From a virus: 64,000 nt of DNA. Of the stretch, positions 55,964 to 64,000 are shown one piece after another (positions within the stretch are counted from its first letter, which is position 1; every line of letters starts with the position of its first letter). The notes under the pieces were generated by a model. It was not told the origin of the DNA, did not search any database, and saw only the letters and a program-made list of their open reading frames with translations. The translations under genes and the position numbers were made by a program. The stretch covers positions 61,828-125,827 of IMG/VR virus record IMGVR_UViG_3300032770_000007. One strand, 5' to 3'.

Positions 55964-56503
55964 TTATTTCACGTGTCCAAAGTTGCGAGCAAAGTTTGCC
56001 ATTTTAGCAGCATGACCACCAGCAGCCAAACCTTTTTCAATATCAGCATGAGTAATAGGTTGATCCTCAGACTTACCCAACCAACGATGGAAGGCACCTT
56101 TTGCTATGTGGCCTACCTTTTCATCGATGGCTTCCCCACCAGCAGCTGGAAAAACTTCCTCTACACAAATGTGGCCTTCATTTCTCTCATTATACCAACG
56201 ACCCAGTTCCTCACCAGCACTTAATGCTACAAGGCAGTTTGGTTCCTGTGAATGAGCAGTTACTGCATCAGCACCATGCTCAGAAGCAGCCTGCTGCCAA
56301 GAATCAAAGTTATCAAACTTCATTTCGCCACCACCAGCAGATTCTGCTTCAGCATCAGCAACTTCATCTTCAAACAGTTTGCTGGCTATTTCTGCCTTCT
56401 TGGCTTCTAATGCCAAACCGATCTTTTCTCCAAGCACAGTTTCTAAATGTGTTTGAAAGTTGTGTGCCTGTTTTTGGTCTGCCATGTCTACAAATCTATT
56501 CAT
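55964..56503 (-). CDS. gp67: prohead core protein gp67-like with appended modules
   Basis: KIGLALEAKKAEIASKLFE followed by an acidic tract; directly after the portal. Confidence 0.65.
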   Translation of the reverse strand: MNRFVDMADQKQAHNFQTHLETVLGEKIGLALEAKKAEIASKLFEDEVADAEAESAGGGEMKFDNFDSWQQAASEHGADAVTAHSQEPNCLVALSAGEELGRWYNERNEGHICVEEVFPAAGGEAIDEKVGHIAKGAFHRWLGKSEDQPITHADIEKGLAAGGHAAKMANFARNFGHVK

Positions 56504-56545
56504 TTGAGTTTCCTCTTATTCTAACTGCTTGGAGTTCTAAACTAT

Positions 56546-58201
56546 TTAGGATTTTGGTTGTTTCAAGAACTTCTGGGTAATATCATTCAAATCTGGAGTT
56601 TTTTGAGTAGGTTCAACCTCTTCTCCAGGCTTTTGTTCTGATCCTTCAACAGGTATTGGGGCACCAGGAGGCATTACAGGTGGCCAACCAGCCAATGGTG
56701 GATGTCCTGCCGCTTCTGCGTCTTTGAACTCTTGATCCATTTGCACCTGCATTTCTTCTATTTCATCATCAGATAGTCTAAGAATATTCTTCCAAACCCA
56801 AGTCTTTGAAAAGAATGTTCCCATGTAAGGCTGGATCACATTTAGTGTGTTTAGTCTTACAGTTAGGATTTCTACATCCTTCAGTTCAGCAAAGTTATTG
56901 TCTTCATGGTATTGATAGAAAATGTCCTGTTTGAACTGGTTCCATTCTTCTACTGTGCAAACACCTTTGAGTGCTAACTGTCTTTCCATGAGACTATCAA
57001 ACAATTCAGAGAACTTTGAACGCATTCTGTGAATGTACTTGTCAAACTTCACTTCATCTCTAGTGATCTCACCTGGTCTACCAATACCAAAAATTCCTTG
57101 TGGTTGCTCAATACGAGATTGTGGCAAACCAAGAGCTCTATACAACTGCTTCTGGAAATACAAAACATCATCCATTTGAGATAGATTTTGTCCTGCTGGA
57201 AGTGTTGTTATTTCTGTTGTTTGCTTACCATCACGTCTTGGCATCCAGAAATCTTCTAACATAGCAAAATGCTTTCTATCATCCCTTATTTCACCAGTAG
57301 AACTATCATAGGTAAGTTTGTTACGATAGTTGGTCATCATATTCTTTAAATACTGTTCAGCCTTCTGCTTATTCATTCCACCAACATCAATATAGAACAC
57401 TCTTCTTTCTGGTGCTCTGGTTACGCGATAGATAACAGTGGCATCTTCTACGAATCTCAGCTGATTGAGTGGTCTAATAGCCTTGTGAAGATAACTCAAA
57501 ATAGTATTCTTGATTGGATCAAAGATACCTGATGTGATCTGAACAACACTATCTTTTGATAGACGAACACCAGCAGCTACTGAAGTTTGAAATAGAGGAT
57601 TACCACTATTTGGATTAGTCATTAAAAGTTTATCATTATAGATATAGAACTCTTCTACTCCAGTGATAACTTCTGCTCCTTGAGCATTCTTTTCTTTTGT
57701 GACCTGACGAACTTTCTTGATCTTTCTACTATCAATATAGACTAATGTCTGAATGCCTTTTCTTGGATCATTGTCATCAATCACGACATTGTAATAAAGT
57801 CTGCCATCAATATACCATTTACGGAATATATCATCACCATGGTTATTGAAATCTAAGAGCTTGATGACATTATCAAACTCTTCTCTGATTAGTTGCTTGA
57901 TCTTGTCTGGTTCTTTTAGTTTATCAGTGTTGATCTTGACAATCTGTCCAGAATCTGTATCATGGACAATAGCCTCATCAATAATATCATTGATAGCATT
58001 CTCCATTTCTGGTTGAAGTGCCATCTGACGGTATTTGTGAATGAGATCAAGTTCAGAACGATAAGAAGCATCCAAATCAACATAGATACCACTAACTGGT
58101 GCTTCAACTATAATGGCGCCATCATCACCTTGTGGCGTGATTACAGTTTGAGGAATCTCATCCTCGTCTTCTCTTTTAATCTCAAAGCCAAAAAGTTTAA
58201 T
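56546..58201 (-). CDS. gp20: portal protein, probable AUU start at 58201
   Basis: KLFGFEIK N-terminus in frame upstream of the track ORF; WYIDGR, SYLHKAI, IYRVTRAPERRVFYIDVG, LEDFWMPRR. Confidence 0.97.
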   Translation of the reverse strand: MKLFGFEIKREDEDEIPQTVITPQGDDGAIIVEAPVSGIYVDLDASYRSELDLIHKYRQMALQPEMENAINDIIDEAIVHDTDSGQIVKINTDKLKEPDKIKQLIREEFDNVIKLLDFNNHGDDIFRKWYIDGRLYYNVVIDDNDPRKGIQTLVYIDSRKIKKVRQVTKEKNAQGAEVITGVEEFYIYNDKLLMTNPNSGNPLFQTSVAAGVRLSKDSVVQITSGIFDPIKNTILSYLHKAIRPLNQLRFVEDATVIYRVTRAPERRVFYIDVGGMNKQKAEQYLKNMMTNYRNKLTYDSSTGEIRDDRKHFAMLEDFWMPRRDGKQTTEITTLPAGQNLSQMDDVLYFQKQLYRALGLPQSRIEQPQGIFGIGRPGEITRDEVKFDKYIHRMRSKFSELFDSLMERQLALKGVCTVEEWNQFKQDIFYQYHEDNNFAELKDVEILTVRLNTLNVIQPYMGTFFSKTWVWKNILRLSDDEIEEMQVQMDQEFKDAEAAGHPPLAGWPPVMPPGAPIPVEGSEQKPGEEVEPTQKTPDLNDITQKFLKQPKS

Positions 58202-58225
58202 GTTCGCTACTCCTTAACCATCACA

Positions 58226-58258
58226 AATAAAAAGGGCACTATTATACTTAGTGCCCTT
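58226..58258 (-). terminator. terminator between gp19 and gp20
   Basis: AAGGGCACTA-N7-TAGTGCCCTT followed by a U-rich tract on the minus strand. Confidence 0.8.
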
Positions 58259-58282
58259 CTAAACCCAACCAAAAACAATGAT

Positions 58283-58840
58283 TTAGGCTGTAAGATCAGA
58301 TAGTGTTGGATCACCATAATCATTGACAGCGAAGGTCATTGCAAACTCTTCAATCGTATCATTTGCGCCCCAATCCAAATCAATAGGAGCAATATCCATT
58401 GGCCAAATGCCTCTGAATAGATAAGTCTTGATTACATTGCCAGCCTTACCATATTGATTAACAACTGCATCAACACCATAACCACCATCCAAAACTAGGG
58501 CATTAGGATTACGGATATTATTAGCAGGATCATTGATACCATTGAACCATAGTTCCATAGCATTTCTGATCAAGAAATCTTCATCATTGATAACCTGTAT
58601 TGACCAGTCCTGATATGTTCTATTACCAGCCAGTTTAACTTCACGACCAAAATAGAACAAAGGAGCCAAACCAACTGTTGAACCAGGTAGCTGAGCAGCC
58701 TTGCAAAGGAATGTCACTTTAGGTAGTGCAATACCCCCAAGTGTTACCCAGGTTGGAAATGCTAGAGTAACATCAAATAGATTTGGTCTTGCGCCATCTG
58801 ACTGAAGTTGTGATCTAAAATCATTTACATTAAATGCCAT
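58283..58840 (-). CDS. gp19: tail tube protein
   Basis: GARPNLF, FLCKAAQLPGS, GREVKLAGNRT..DW..NDEDF, IEEF. Confidence 0.97.
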   Translation of the reverse strand: MAFNVNDFRSQLQSDGARPNLFDVTLAFPTWVTLGGIALPKVTFLCKAAQLPGSTVGLAPLFYFGREVKLAGNRTYQDWSIQVINDEDFLIRNAMELWFNGINDPANNIRNPNALVLDGGYGVDAVVNQYGKAGNVIKTYLFRGIWPMDIAPIDLDWGANDTIEEFAMTFAVNDYGDPTLSDLTA

Positions 58841-58842
58841 TC

Positions 58843-60567
58843 TTATGCTCCGACTGAACCTACTATGTAGTTGAAGTTTACACCATTGTCCACAGCAATA
58901 AAGTTCAAAAGTATATAGTTGATTGACTGGTTAGGTATGATGTAAATATCACCAACAAACTGATTAGCATTTATTACTGCTGGAGTATTGTTCGTGTCAT
59001 CGCAAACAACTCTAAAGCTGCTGATACCACGACGTCCCTGAACCTGACGTAGGAATGGTGTAACCAGGTTTACAAAAGTTGCTTGTGTAAAGGCATCATT
59101 GAACTCAAATAGTTCAGCCTGTGCTGCCTGTGACAGAGTCTTTTCAAGGACAATAAACAAACGACGAACATTAATGCGACTGAACACAGAAGCATAGTTA
59201 ATGAATGTCTTGTCTCCATATAGCACAGTACCCTGACCAGGGAATGTGACAACAGGATTTATAGCCTGTTGGTATAGACTGTTACGATCAACCAATCCTG
59301 GATTATAAGCCAGATTGATTACATTCAATAGCTGACCTCTACGGAAACCAGCTGGTGACCACCATGGGTCATTGGTATTGTCTGTACGAGCACACAAACC
59401 AGCGACGTCACCATTCAATGGATTCCAACGATACACATTGTTGTATGGATCATATTGATACTTCCAACCTGAGTCAATAAAGGCATAGGTTGAACGTGTA
59501 AGACCCGTTGTGTAGTTTATAATAGAAGCTGGTATGCCTGATGGAGCAGTCACATTAGCAAAAGGAGGAGAAGCAAATACTACAATGTCCTTACGATTGA
59601 TTGCAAGAGCAATTGCACCATTTGTTTCTATCTGACCACCACCACCAACCATGAATAGACTAATGTCTGTGGTAACAGGATCACTGAAGATGTTCTGTGC
59701 TGCTGTTGTATTACCTGATACGATTGTTCCATCAAATCCACCAGACAATGATGAGATATTAGCATTAGCATCAGAAGCTGCTGCAAGATTAACACCATTA
59801 GCTGTCTGGATTGTGACATCCCAACCATTTGCATTAGCATTAGGAATACCAAGATTGTAAATCCACTGAGAGTTCTGGTACAGATATTCCTTGTAATAGT
59901 TACTGATACCAGTTGGACCAATACAGTTGCTCAAACGACTCAGTGAAGGCCATCTCTCAAGAATAGAGTTTGCTGTACCAGTTATCTGACCCAATTTGTC
60001 AACAACAAGCACATGAAGCTCATCACCAGTTACTGTTCCATTAGTTACCTTTGTAACATAAGGAGAAGTATTTGGTGCAAAGCTGAATTGGTTAGCAAAG
60101 TTGTAAAGAGGATCAGAAGTATTTCCTGCATTTGCTGTCCAGGCTGTGCCATTAGCAAATACGATAACTTCAAGAGTATTACCTAGAGCTCCAGCATATC
60201 TTGCAGCAAATCTGTTTGATAGTGTACTTGGATAAACATTGTTGAAGTAATCTGTGGTATTCATGATCAACATTCCAGTGCCATTTGATGTAGCATTGAA
60301 TGTATTTGAACCCAAAGCACGAACTACTTCAAGGTCTTGTGAATACTGTAAGAAGTTCCAGGCTGTGAAGAAACTATTTGCTGTATTAGCATCAGGAGTT
60401 CCAAATATAGAACTCAACTGAGTTGTTGATGTGATCTCTGTAATCTGTAGAATAGGACCCCAGTTAAAGGTTCCTACCAAGGCACCCGTAGAAACACTAA
60501 CAGCAGGAACACCTGTTGTTGTATCTATTTCTGTGGTATATACGCCTGGTGATGTTGGGAATACCAT
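58843..60567 (-). CDS. gp18: tail sheath protein
   Basis: SPGVYTTEID, FNWGP, DSGWKYQYD, PWWSPAG..RG, RINVRRLF, LFEFND. Confidence 0.97.
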   Translation of the reverse strand: MVFPTSPGVYTTEIDTTTGVPAVSVSTGALVGTFNWGPILQITEITSTTQLSSIFGTPDANTANSFFTAWNFLQYSQDLEVVRALGSNTFNATSNGTGMLIMNTTDYFNNVYPSTLSNRFAARYAGALGNTLEVIVFANGTAWTANAGNTSDPLYNFANQFSFAPNTSPYVTKVTNGTVTGDELHVLVVDKLGQITGTANSILERWPSLSRLSNCIGPTGISNYYKEYLYQNSQWIYNLGIPNANANGWDVTIQTANGVNLAAASDANANISSLSGGFDGTIVSGNTTAAQNIFSDPVTTDISLFMVGGGGQIETNGAIALAINRKDIVVFASPPFANVTAPSGIPASIINYTTGLTRSTYAFIDSGWKYQYDPYNNVYRWNPLNGDVAGLCARTDNTNDPWWSPAGFRRGQLLNVINLAYNPGLVDRNSLYQQAINPVVTFPGQGTVLYGDKTFINYASVFSRINVRRLFIVLEKTLSQAAQAELFEFNDAFTQATFVNLVTPFLRQVQGRRGISSFRVVCDDTNNTPAVINANQFVGDIYIIPNQSINYILLNFIAVDNGVNFNYIVGSVGA

Positions 60568-60611
60568 GCTAACTGTCTCCGGATATTATGTGTTTAGTTA
60601 TCAATCATGAT

Positions 60612-60618
60612 TATTTAG
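60612..60618 (-). promoter_or_regulatory. late promoter (CTAAATA) for gp18
   Basis: Recurrent late motif in an intergenic gap. Confidence 0.6.
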
Positions 60619-60647
60619 GGTTATTGATATTTGTCAAATATTTGTTA

Positions 60648-60914
60648 TTAGTGACCATTTCCGCCTATCCACCAGGTCTGAATGATGTGCCAAACACTTG
60701 CTATTACACCAGCAGCTCCCATGGCCAACCATTTTACTTTCTTCTGTGAGTCTTCTAACTTTGCGATGCGTTGTTCTGTTTCTTTATTGTCATCAGACAA
60801 ACTTTCAAGTTTATCACTGACTGAATTGATTGTGGAGTCTATGGAACCAAGCCTCTCTTTGATCTCTAAGAGAGAGTTTAGAACGAGGTCTTGTTTTTCC
60901 ATGGGTCTATTCAT
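60648..60914 (-). CDS. coiled-coil protein with C-terminal TM helix (XhlA/holin-like architecture)
   Basis: Heptad pattern then WLAMGAAGVIASVW; late promoter at 60938. Confidence 0.6.
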   Translation of the reverse strand: MNRPMEKQDLVLNSLLEIKERLGSIDSTINSVSDKLESLSDDNKETEQRIAKLEDSQKKVKWLAMGAAGVIASVWHIIQTWWIGGNGH

Positions 60915-60957
60915 CTCTTATTCTTTCCAAGGCCATCTATTTAGCATTTCTCACAGA

Positions 60958-60989
60958 TAAAAGAAAACACCTGGCTCTCACCAGGTGTT
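60958..60989 (-). terminator. terminator closing the early ORF block
   Basis: AACACCTGG-N6-CCAGGTGTT then TTCTTTT on the minus strand. Confidence 0.8.
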
Positions 60990-61056
60990 CTCTTAAGGGC
61001 AGCAGGTTGCTGCCTCCACCAGCCAGTTTAGGATCTGGCAACCATTCTATTTATTT

Positions 61057-61305
61057 TCAATCTTCAAGTCGTCCTTTTTTAGTATATCGATATTTGAGAT
61101 AAGAGGAAGTCTTCATATTTTTCGTTTCTGTTATATATTGTTCGTAAGAAGCGATTAAGGCTCCTGATCCTTTATCATACACCAAAGAATGTTCTGGGAA
61201 ACGAAATACCCATACATCATCATATTCCTTATGTTGATCTACCATAATCCATTCACAATCAGATTGGTTCAATCTGAATTTTATTTCTTCTAGATTATAA
61301 TTCAT
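61057..61305 (-). CDS. small hypothetical protein (paralogue family)
   Basis: LEEIK..YDKGSGALIAS pattern. Confidence 0.6.
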   Translation of the reverse strand: MNYNLEEIKFRLNQSDCEWIMVDQHKEYDDVWVFRFPEHSLVYDKGSGALIASYEQYITETKNMKTSSYLKYRYTKKGRLED

Positions 61306-61595
61306 TTTACCCCAAACATGTTGTTTTTAAGAGCAACAGGATCAATCAATCCAATAGATTTAAGTCCATGAAAAATACGTAGACCATTTTCATAATAATA
61401 TTCAGAACAGAACTTTTCATTTGACCCAGATTTCTCATCCTTCTCTAAAGAATACTGCAATACTCCATTTTTGAAAGCCAAAGCAAAACCAGCAAAAATG
61501 ATTATCAAATAATCATTAGAAGTAGTGAAAATATGAAAATCTGGTACTTCACCACCATAAAGTTCTAAAATATCTCTCAACTCTTCTAACTTCAT
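61302..61595 (-). CDS. small hypothetical protein (paralogue family)
   Basis: LEELRDILELYG..FKNGVLQYS pattern. Confidence 0.6.
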   Translation of the reverse strand: MKLEELRDILELYGGEVPDFHIFTTSNDYLIIIFAGFALAFKNGVLQYSLEKDEKSGSNEKFCSEYYYENGLRIFHGLKSIGLIDPVALKNNMFGVK

Positions 61596-61598
61596 ACT

Positions 61599-62558
61599 CT
61601 ATACTCTCCTCTTGTTCTTGCCCCAACGAGGCAAAAGATTTCTATTGATGAAAACTTTATATGGAGCAAAGTCAATCCTGATGTCCTGACAAAGTTTCTT
61701 AAATCCATCAATAGCCTGTTGTGGCCGAATCATTTGCAACTCATGATCTGTAATCAATGCTACATTAGTTACATCTCCACGATGCATTCTGTTTTTAACC
61801 CATTTCACATAGGCCATGAGAAACTGTATTTGTAGTTTTTGTTCTTCCCAGGTAGGAGTCATCTCAAAGAAACGAAATTCAAAAGTATTGAGATGAAAAC
61901 AAGACCTGAACATATAATCTTTAGACCAGTCCATGAGTCCAATTATATCACAAGTAGGTGATATCTTAACTTTGACTGGATCAGTATTATAAATCAGTGA
62001 TAGTAAAACTCGAAATAACCCAGGTGAATAGAAGACTACGTCTCTATCAAGATTATCCTCTTCCAATAAGAGGTCTCTCATATATGTTTTCTTATTGATC
62101 AAAACATTCATGGAGTCAACTTCATCCTTCTCACCAAATACCCAGGGCAAGAATGGACGCATTATCAAATCCTTGGCCAATGCTACCTTCAAATATTTGT
62201 CTTTGATCCCCAAGTGAATGTGTGCTCCACCATCCACAGTTTCTGGATGTTTGGGATAACAATCATAAAAATTAAAAATATCACGTACAGCAATACACCA
62301 AGATTCTGCTTCTTGCATTGTGTATAGTTTTGGTGATGATACTTCTATACAATGTACATCATGATGACACGTATAATATTTGATATTTTTATTCTTGAGT
62401 TCTGTTTCAATCAAATCTGTTTTCTCTAATAATAGTACATCCATTTCCTGAGAATGTTGTTCATATAATTCATTGTATGGAGAAGGATTGAAATATTTTT
62501 CCTTGAACTCTGCCGGGACTCCTGTCAACTCAATACCCATGGGATAAGGCAAACGCAT
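61599..62558 (-). CDS. putative amidoligase (COOH-NH2 ligase, Amidoligase_2-like)
   Basis: GIEL, IEVSSP, GGAHIH, TFEFRFF motifs of the GS/GCS-like fold. Confidence 0.7.
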   Translation of the reverse strand: MRLPYPMGIELTGVPAEFKEKYFNPSPYNELYEQHSQEMDVLLLEKTDLIETELKNKNIKYYTCHHDVHCIEVSSPKLYTMQEAESWCIAVRDIFNFYDCYPKHPETVDGGAHIHLGIKDKYLKVALAKDLIMRPFLPWVFGEKDEVDSMNVLINKKTYMRDLLLEEDNLDRDVVFYSPGLFRVLLSLIYNTDPVKVKISPTCDIIGLMDWSKDYMFRSCFHLNTFEFRFFEMTPTWEEQKLQIQFLMAYVKWVKNRMHRGDVTNVALITDHELQMIRPQQAIDGFKKLCQDIRIDFAPYKVFINRNLLPRWGKNKRRV

Positions 62559-62565
62559 AAATCAC

Positions 62566-62826
62566 TCAATGATCAGCACCAGTCTGATGAAGAAAAACGT
62601 TTTTGACTCTTTCAAAGTCAAAATCTAATGAAATAGTTAAAAACCCCTCTTTCCGTAGATTTGCCAAAGCACATGTTATGGAAGCATTGGCTGATGGTTT
62701 GCTATTGGCCCCACTATAATAACGTAAAGCTTCATTTAGAATAGAAAGTTCAACTCTATTGAGTCTTCTGGGATTTTGTGCCATTCTTTGACTCCTGTAC
62801 TCTTTTCCAATTTCTATAGTTGACAA
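62566..62826 (-). CDS. hypothetical protein (start probably at MAQNP)
   Basis: ORF in early block. Confidence 0.5.
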   Translation of the reverse strand: MSTIEIGKEYRSQRMAQNPRRLNRVELSILNEALRYYSGANSKPSANASITCALANLRKEGFLTISLDFDFERVKNVFLHQTGADH

Positions 62827-62980
62827 CTATTTCATCCAGCCACCAATTATTGACTAATGGCTTATCATTCTCTATAACAATACCATAACGTTCCCGGTTC
62901 TTGATTGCCCAGGCCACGAAATCAGAAGGATCAAAATCAGATAGCTCTGCTACCTTATGGAGTTTGTGCCAAAATGCCAT
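62756..62980 (-). CDS. hypothetical protein
   Basis: ORF in early block. Confidence 0.55.
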   Translation of the reverse strand: MAFWHKLHKVAELSDFDPSDFVAWAIKNRERYGIVIENDKPLVNNWWLDEIVVNYRNWKRVQESKNGTKSQKTQ

Positions 62981-63280
62981 TCAACCTTCTCTATAGTCCC
63001 AATTATCACAGTCAATATTATACGTTTTCATGAGTTGCTTGATATGTTCAACAGCATCTCTTAGGCTACAGTTTGTTGCTTCTCTATATGCTTTGATAGC
63101 CTTAATTTTGGTGCCTTTAGTAATAGTTGCATTTGGTCCACCAAGCATGTCTATCAATATCGTATCAGTTGACTCACGACCATTCGCAATACCTTCCTGA
63201 TAGCCACGCATGAAGTCAGCATCATTCTCCAGTTCCTGGATAAGTCTACCAACCAAAACACCTATCCGTCTAGTATTCAT
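62981..63280 (-). CDS. protein with ribosomal bL12 (L7/L12) C-terminal-like domain
   Basis: KIKAIKAYREATNCSLRDAVEHI resembles bL12 [23 protein letters not shown]. Confidence 0.65.
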   Translation of the reverse strand: MNTRRIGVLVGRLIQELENDADFMRGYQEGIANGRESTDTILIDMLGGPNATITKGTKIKAIKAYREATNCSLRDAVEHIKQLMKTYNIDCDNWDYREG

Positions 63281-63364
63281 TATCTCATCATTCCTGTAAT
63301 GGTTTCTATTGTATATTACTGTTTCCAGTATTCTGCCAAAAGTGGTCTATTCATATAAAGTCCA

Positions 63365-63547
63365 TTATTTTTTGATTCCAACAATTTCTTCTATATGAGG
63401 AGATATCAACTTTCCTTCTGAATTATATCTCAACAAAAAATGATAATCTGAAAAATGTATGGAAAGACCATAATGGTCTCCATATATTATAACTTTTATC
63501 CCTTCATCATGAAAGTAGCGTCTCAAAGATTCTATTGATTTGATCAT
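63365..63547 (-). CDS. small hypothetical protein (paralogue family)
   Basis: IESLRRYF..G..YNSEGKLIS pattern. Confidence 0.55.
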   Translation of the reverse strand: MIKSIESLRRYFHDEGIKVIIYGDHYGLSIHFSDYHFLLRYNSEGKLISPHIEEIVGIKK

Positions 63548-63753
63548 AGATAATCAGCAACATTCCTAATGATGTCTTCTGGAGGAACGCAAAAAACTCC
63601 AAATCCCTTAGTGATAATACTGACTCCCTCTTCTGTGGTTTCCATGACTTTTCCAATCATGATCCCATCCCACATTTTGAACTCAACTAAAGGTCCAACC
63701 ACGACATCAAATTGTTCAAGTGTCATTTTGACGTCCTGTGAAAAGTAAACCAC
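63544..63753 (-). CDS. small SH3-like hypothetical protein
   Basis: VEFK..GKVME..GVSI..GVFCVPPEDI beta-barrel pattern. Confidence 0.5.
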   Translation of the reverse strand: MVYFSQDVKMTLEQFDVVVGPLVEFKMWDGIMIGKVMETTEEGVSIITKGFGVFCVPPEDIIRNVADYL

Positions 63754-64000
63754 TGAACATAACCATATGGCTTACCCTGTTTGGTCACCTTGATCTGAAC
63801 CCCAAGTGCCCAGCATGGTAACCAAAGAGGCATGAGAAGCAGCATGAATAACAGTTTCATAGTTTCACCTTAACATAACAACCAACATGGCTATAGACTA
63901 TTTCAATATCTTGTGGTGTTAGTTTATACTTTTCCTGAAACTGTTTTATGAGTTCCTCAAGTCTATCACCCAAAACAACTTTATCATTCCATAATTCATT

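Noticed and set aside
903-60960. Numerous plus-strand ORFs in the track (e.g. 36964..37491, 39835..40338, 56101..56580)
   Set aside because: They are antisense shadows of well-supported minus-strand genes, with no motifs or RBS support
1-64000. CRISPR array, reverse transcriptase/DGR, integrase, or stop-codon reassignment
   Set aside because: No regularly spaced repeats and no RT or recombinase motifs seen; genes are full length in code 11 and all three stop codons terminate genes

Overview
The window is 64 kb of a T4-like (Tevenvirinae/Kyanoviridae-style) lytic myophage genome, AT-rich, with essentially all genes on the minus strand. The spanins point to a Gram-negative host. In transcription order (high to low coordinate) it contains: small early-type ORFs, including a bL12-CTD-like and an amidoligase-like protein; the tail/head module gp18-19-20-67-68-21-22-23-3; uvsY, uvsW, gp55, gp47, gp46 and peptide deformylase; a CobT/CobS-like pair under IHF-box early promoters; a candidate small RNA; a DNA hypermodification cluster (TET/JBP dioxygenase, PLP enzyme, amino-acid:DNA transferase, P-loop kinase, GT-A, dNMP kinase); gp45-44-62-regA; nucleotide-metabolism, glycosyltransferase and methyltransferase genes; gp43-uvsX-gp41; an RfbB/RfbH/epimerase deoxysugar cluster; a block of capsid-targeted proteins; and a compact endolysin-holin-spanin cassette. 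Five free-standing homing endonuclease genes are scattered through it. The main observations are: (i) modular head-cargo polyproteins with gp21-type cleavage linkers, shared modules and a linker-bounded cassette duplication; (ii) a 67-aa protein that copies the mature N-arm of gp23; (iii) a TET-initiated amino-acid hypermodification pathway; (iv) possible virion glycosylation at Ala-Asn sites; (v) a +1 frameshift in gp47 and an AUU start for the portal; (vi) stand-alone structured RNAs and an antisense tRNA-like element. All family calls come from motif recognition by eye, without database searches.
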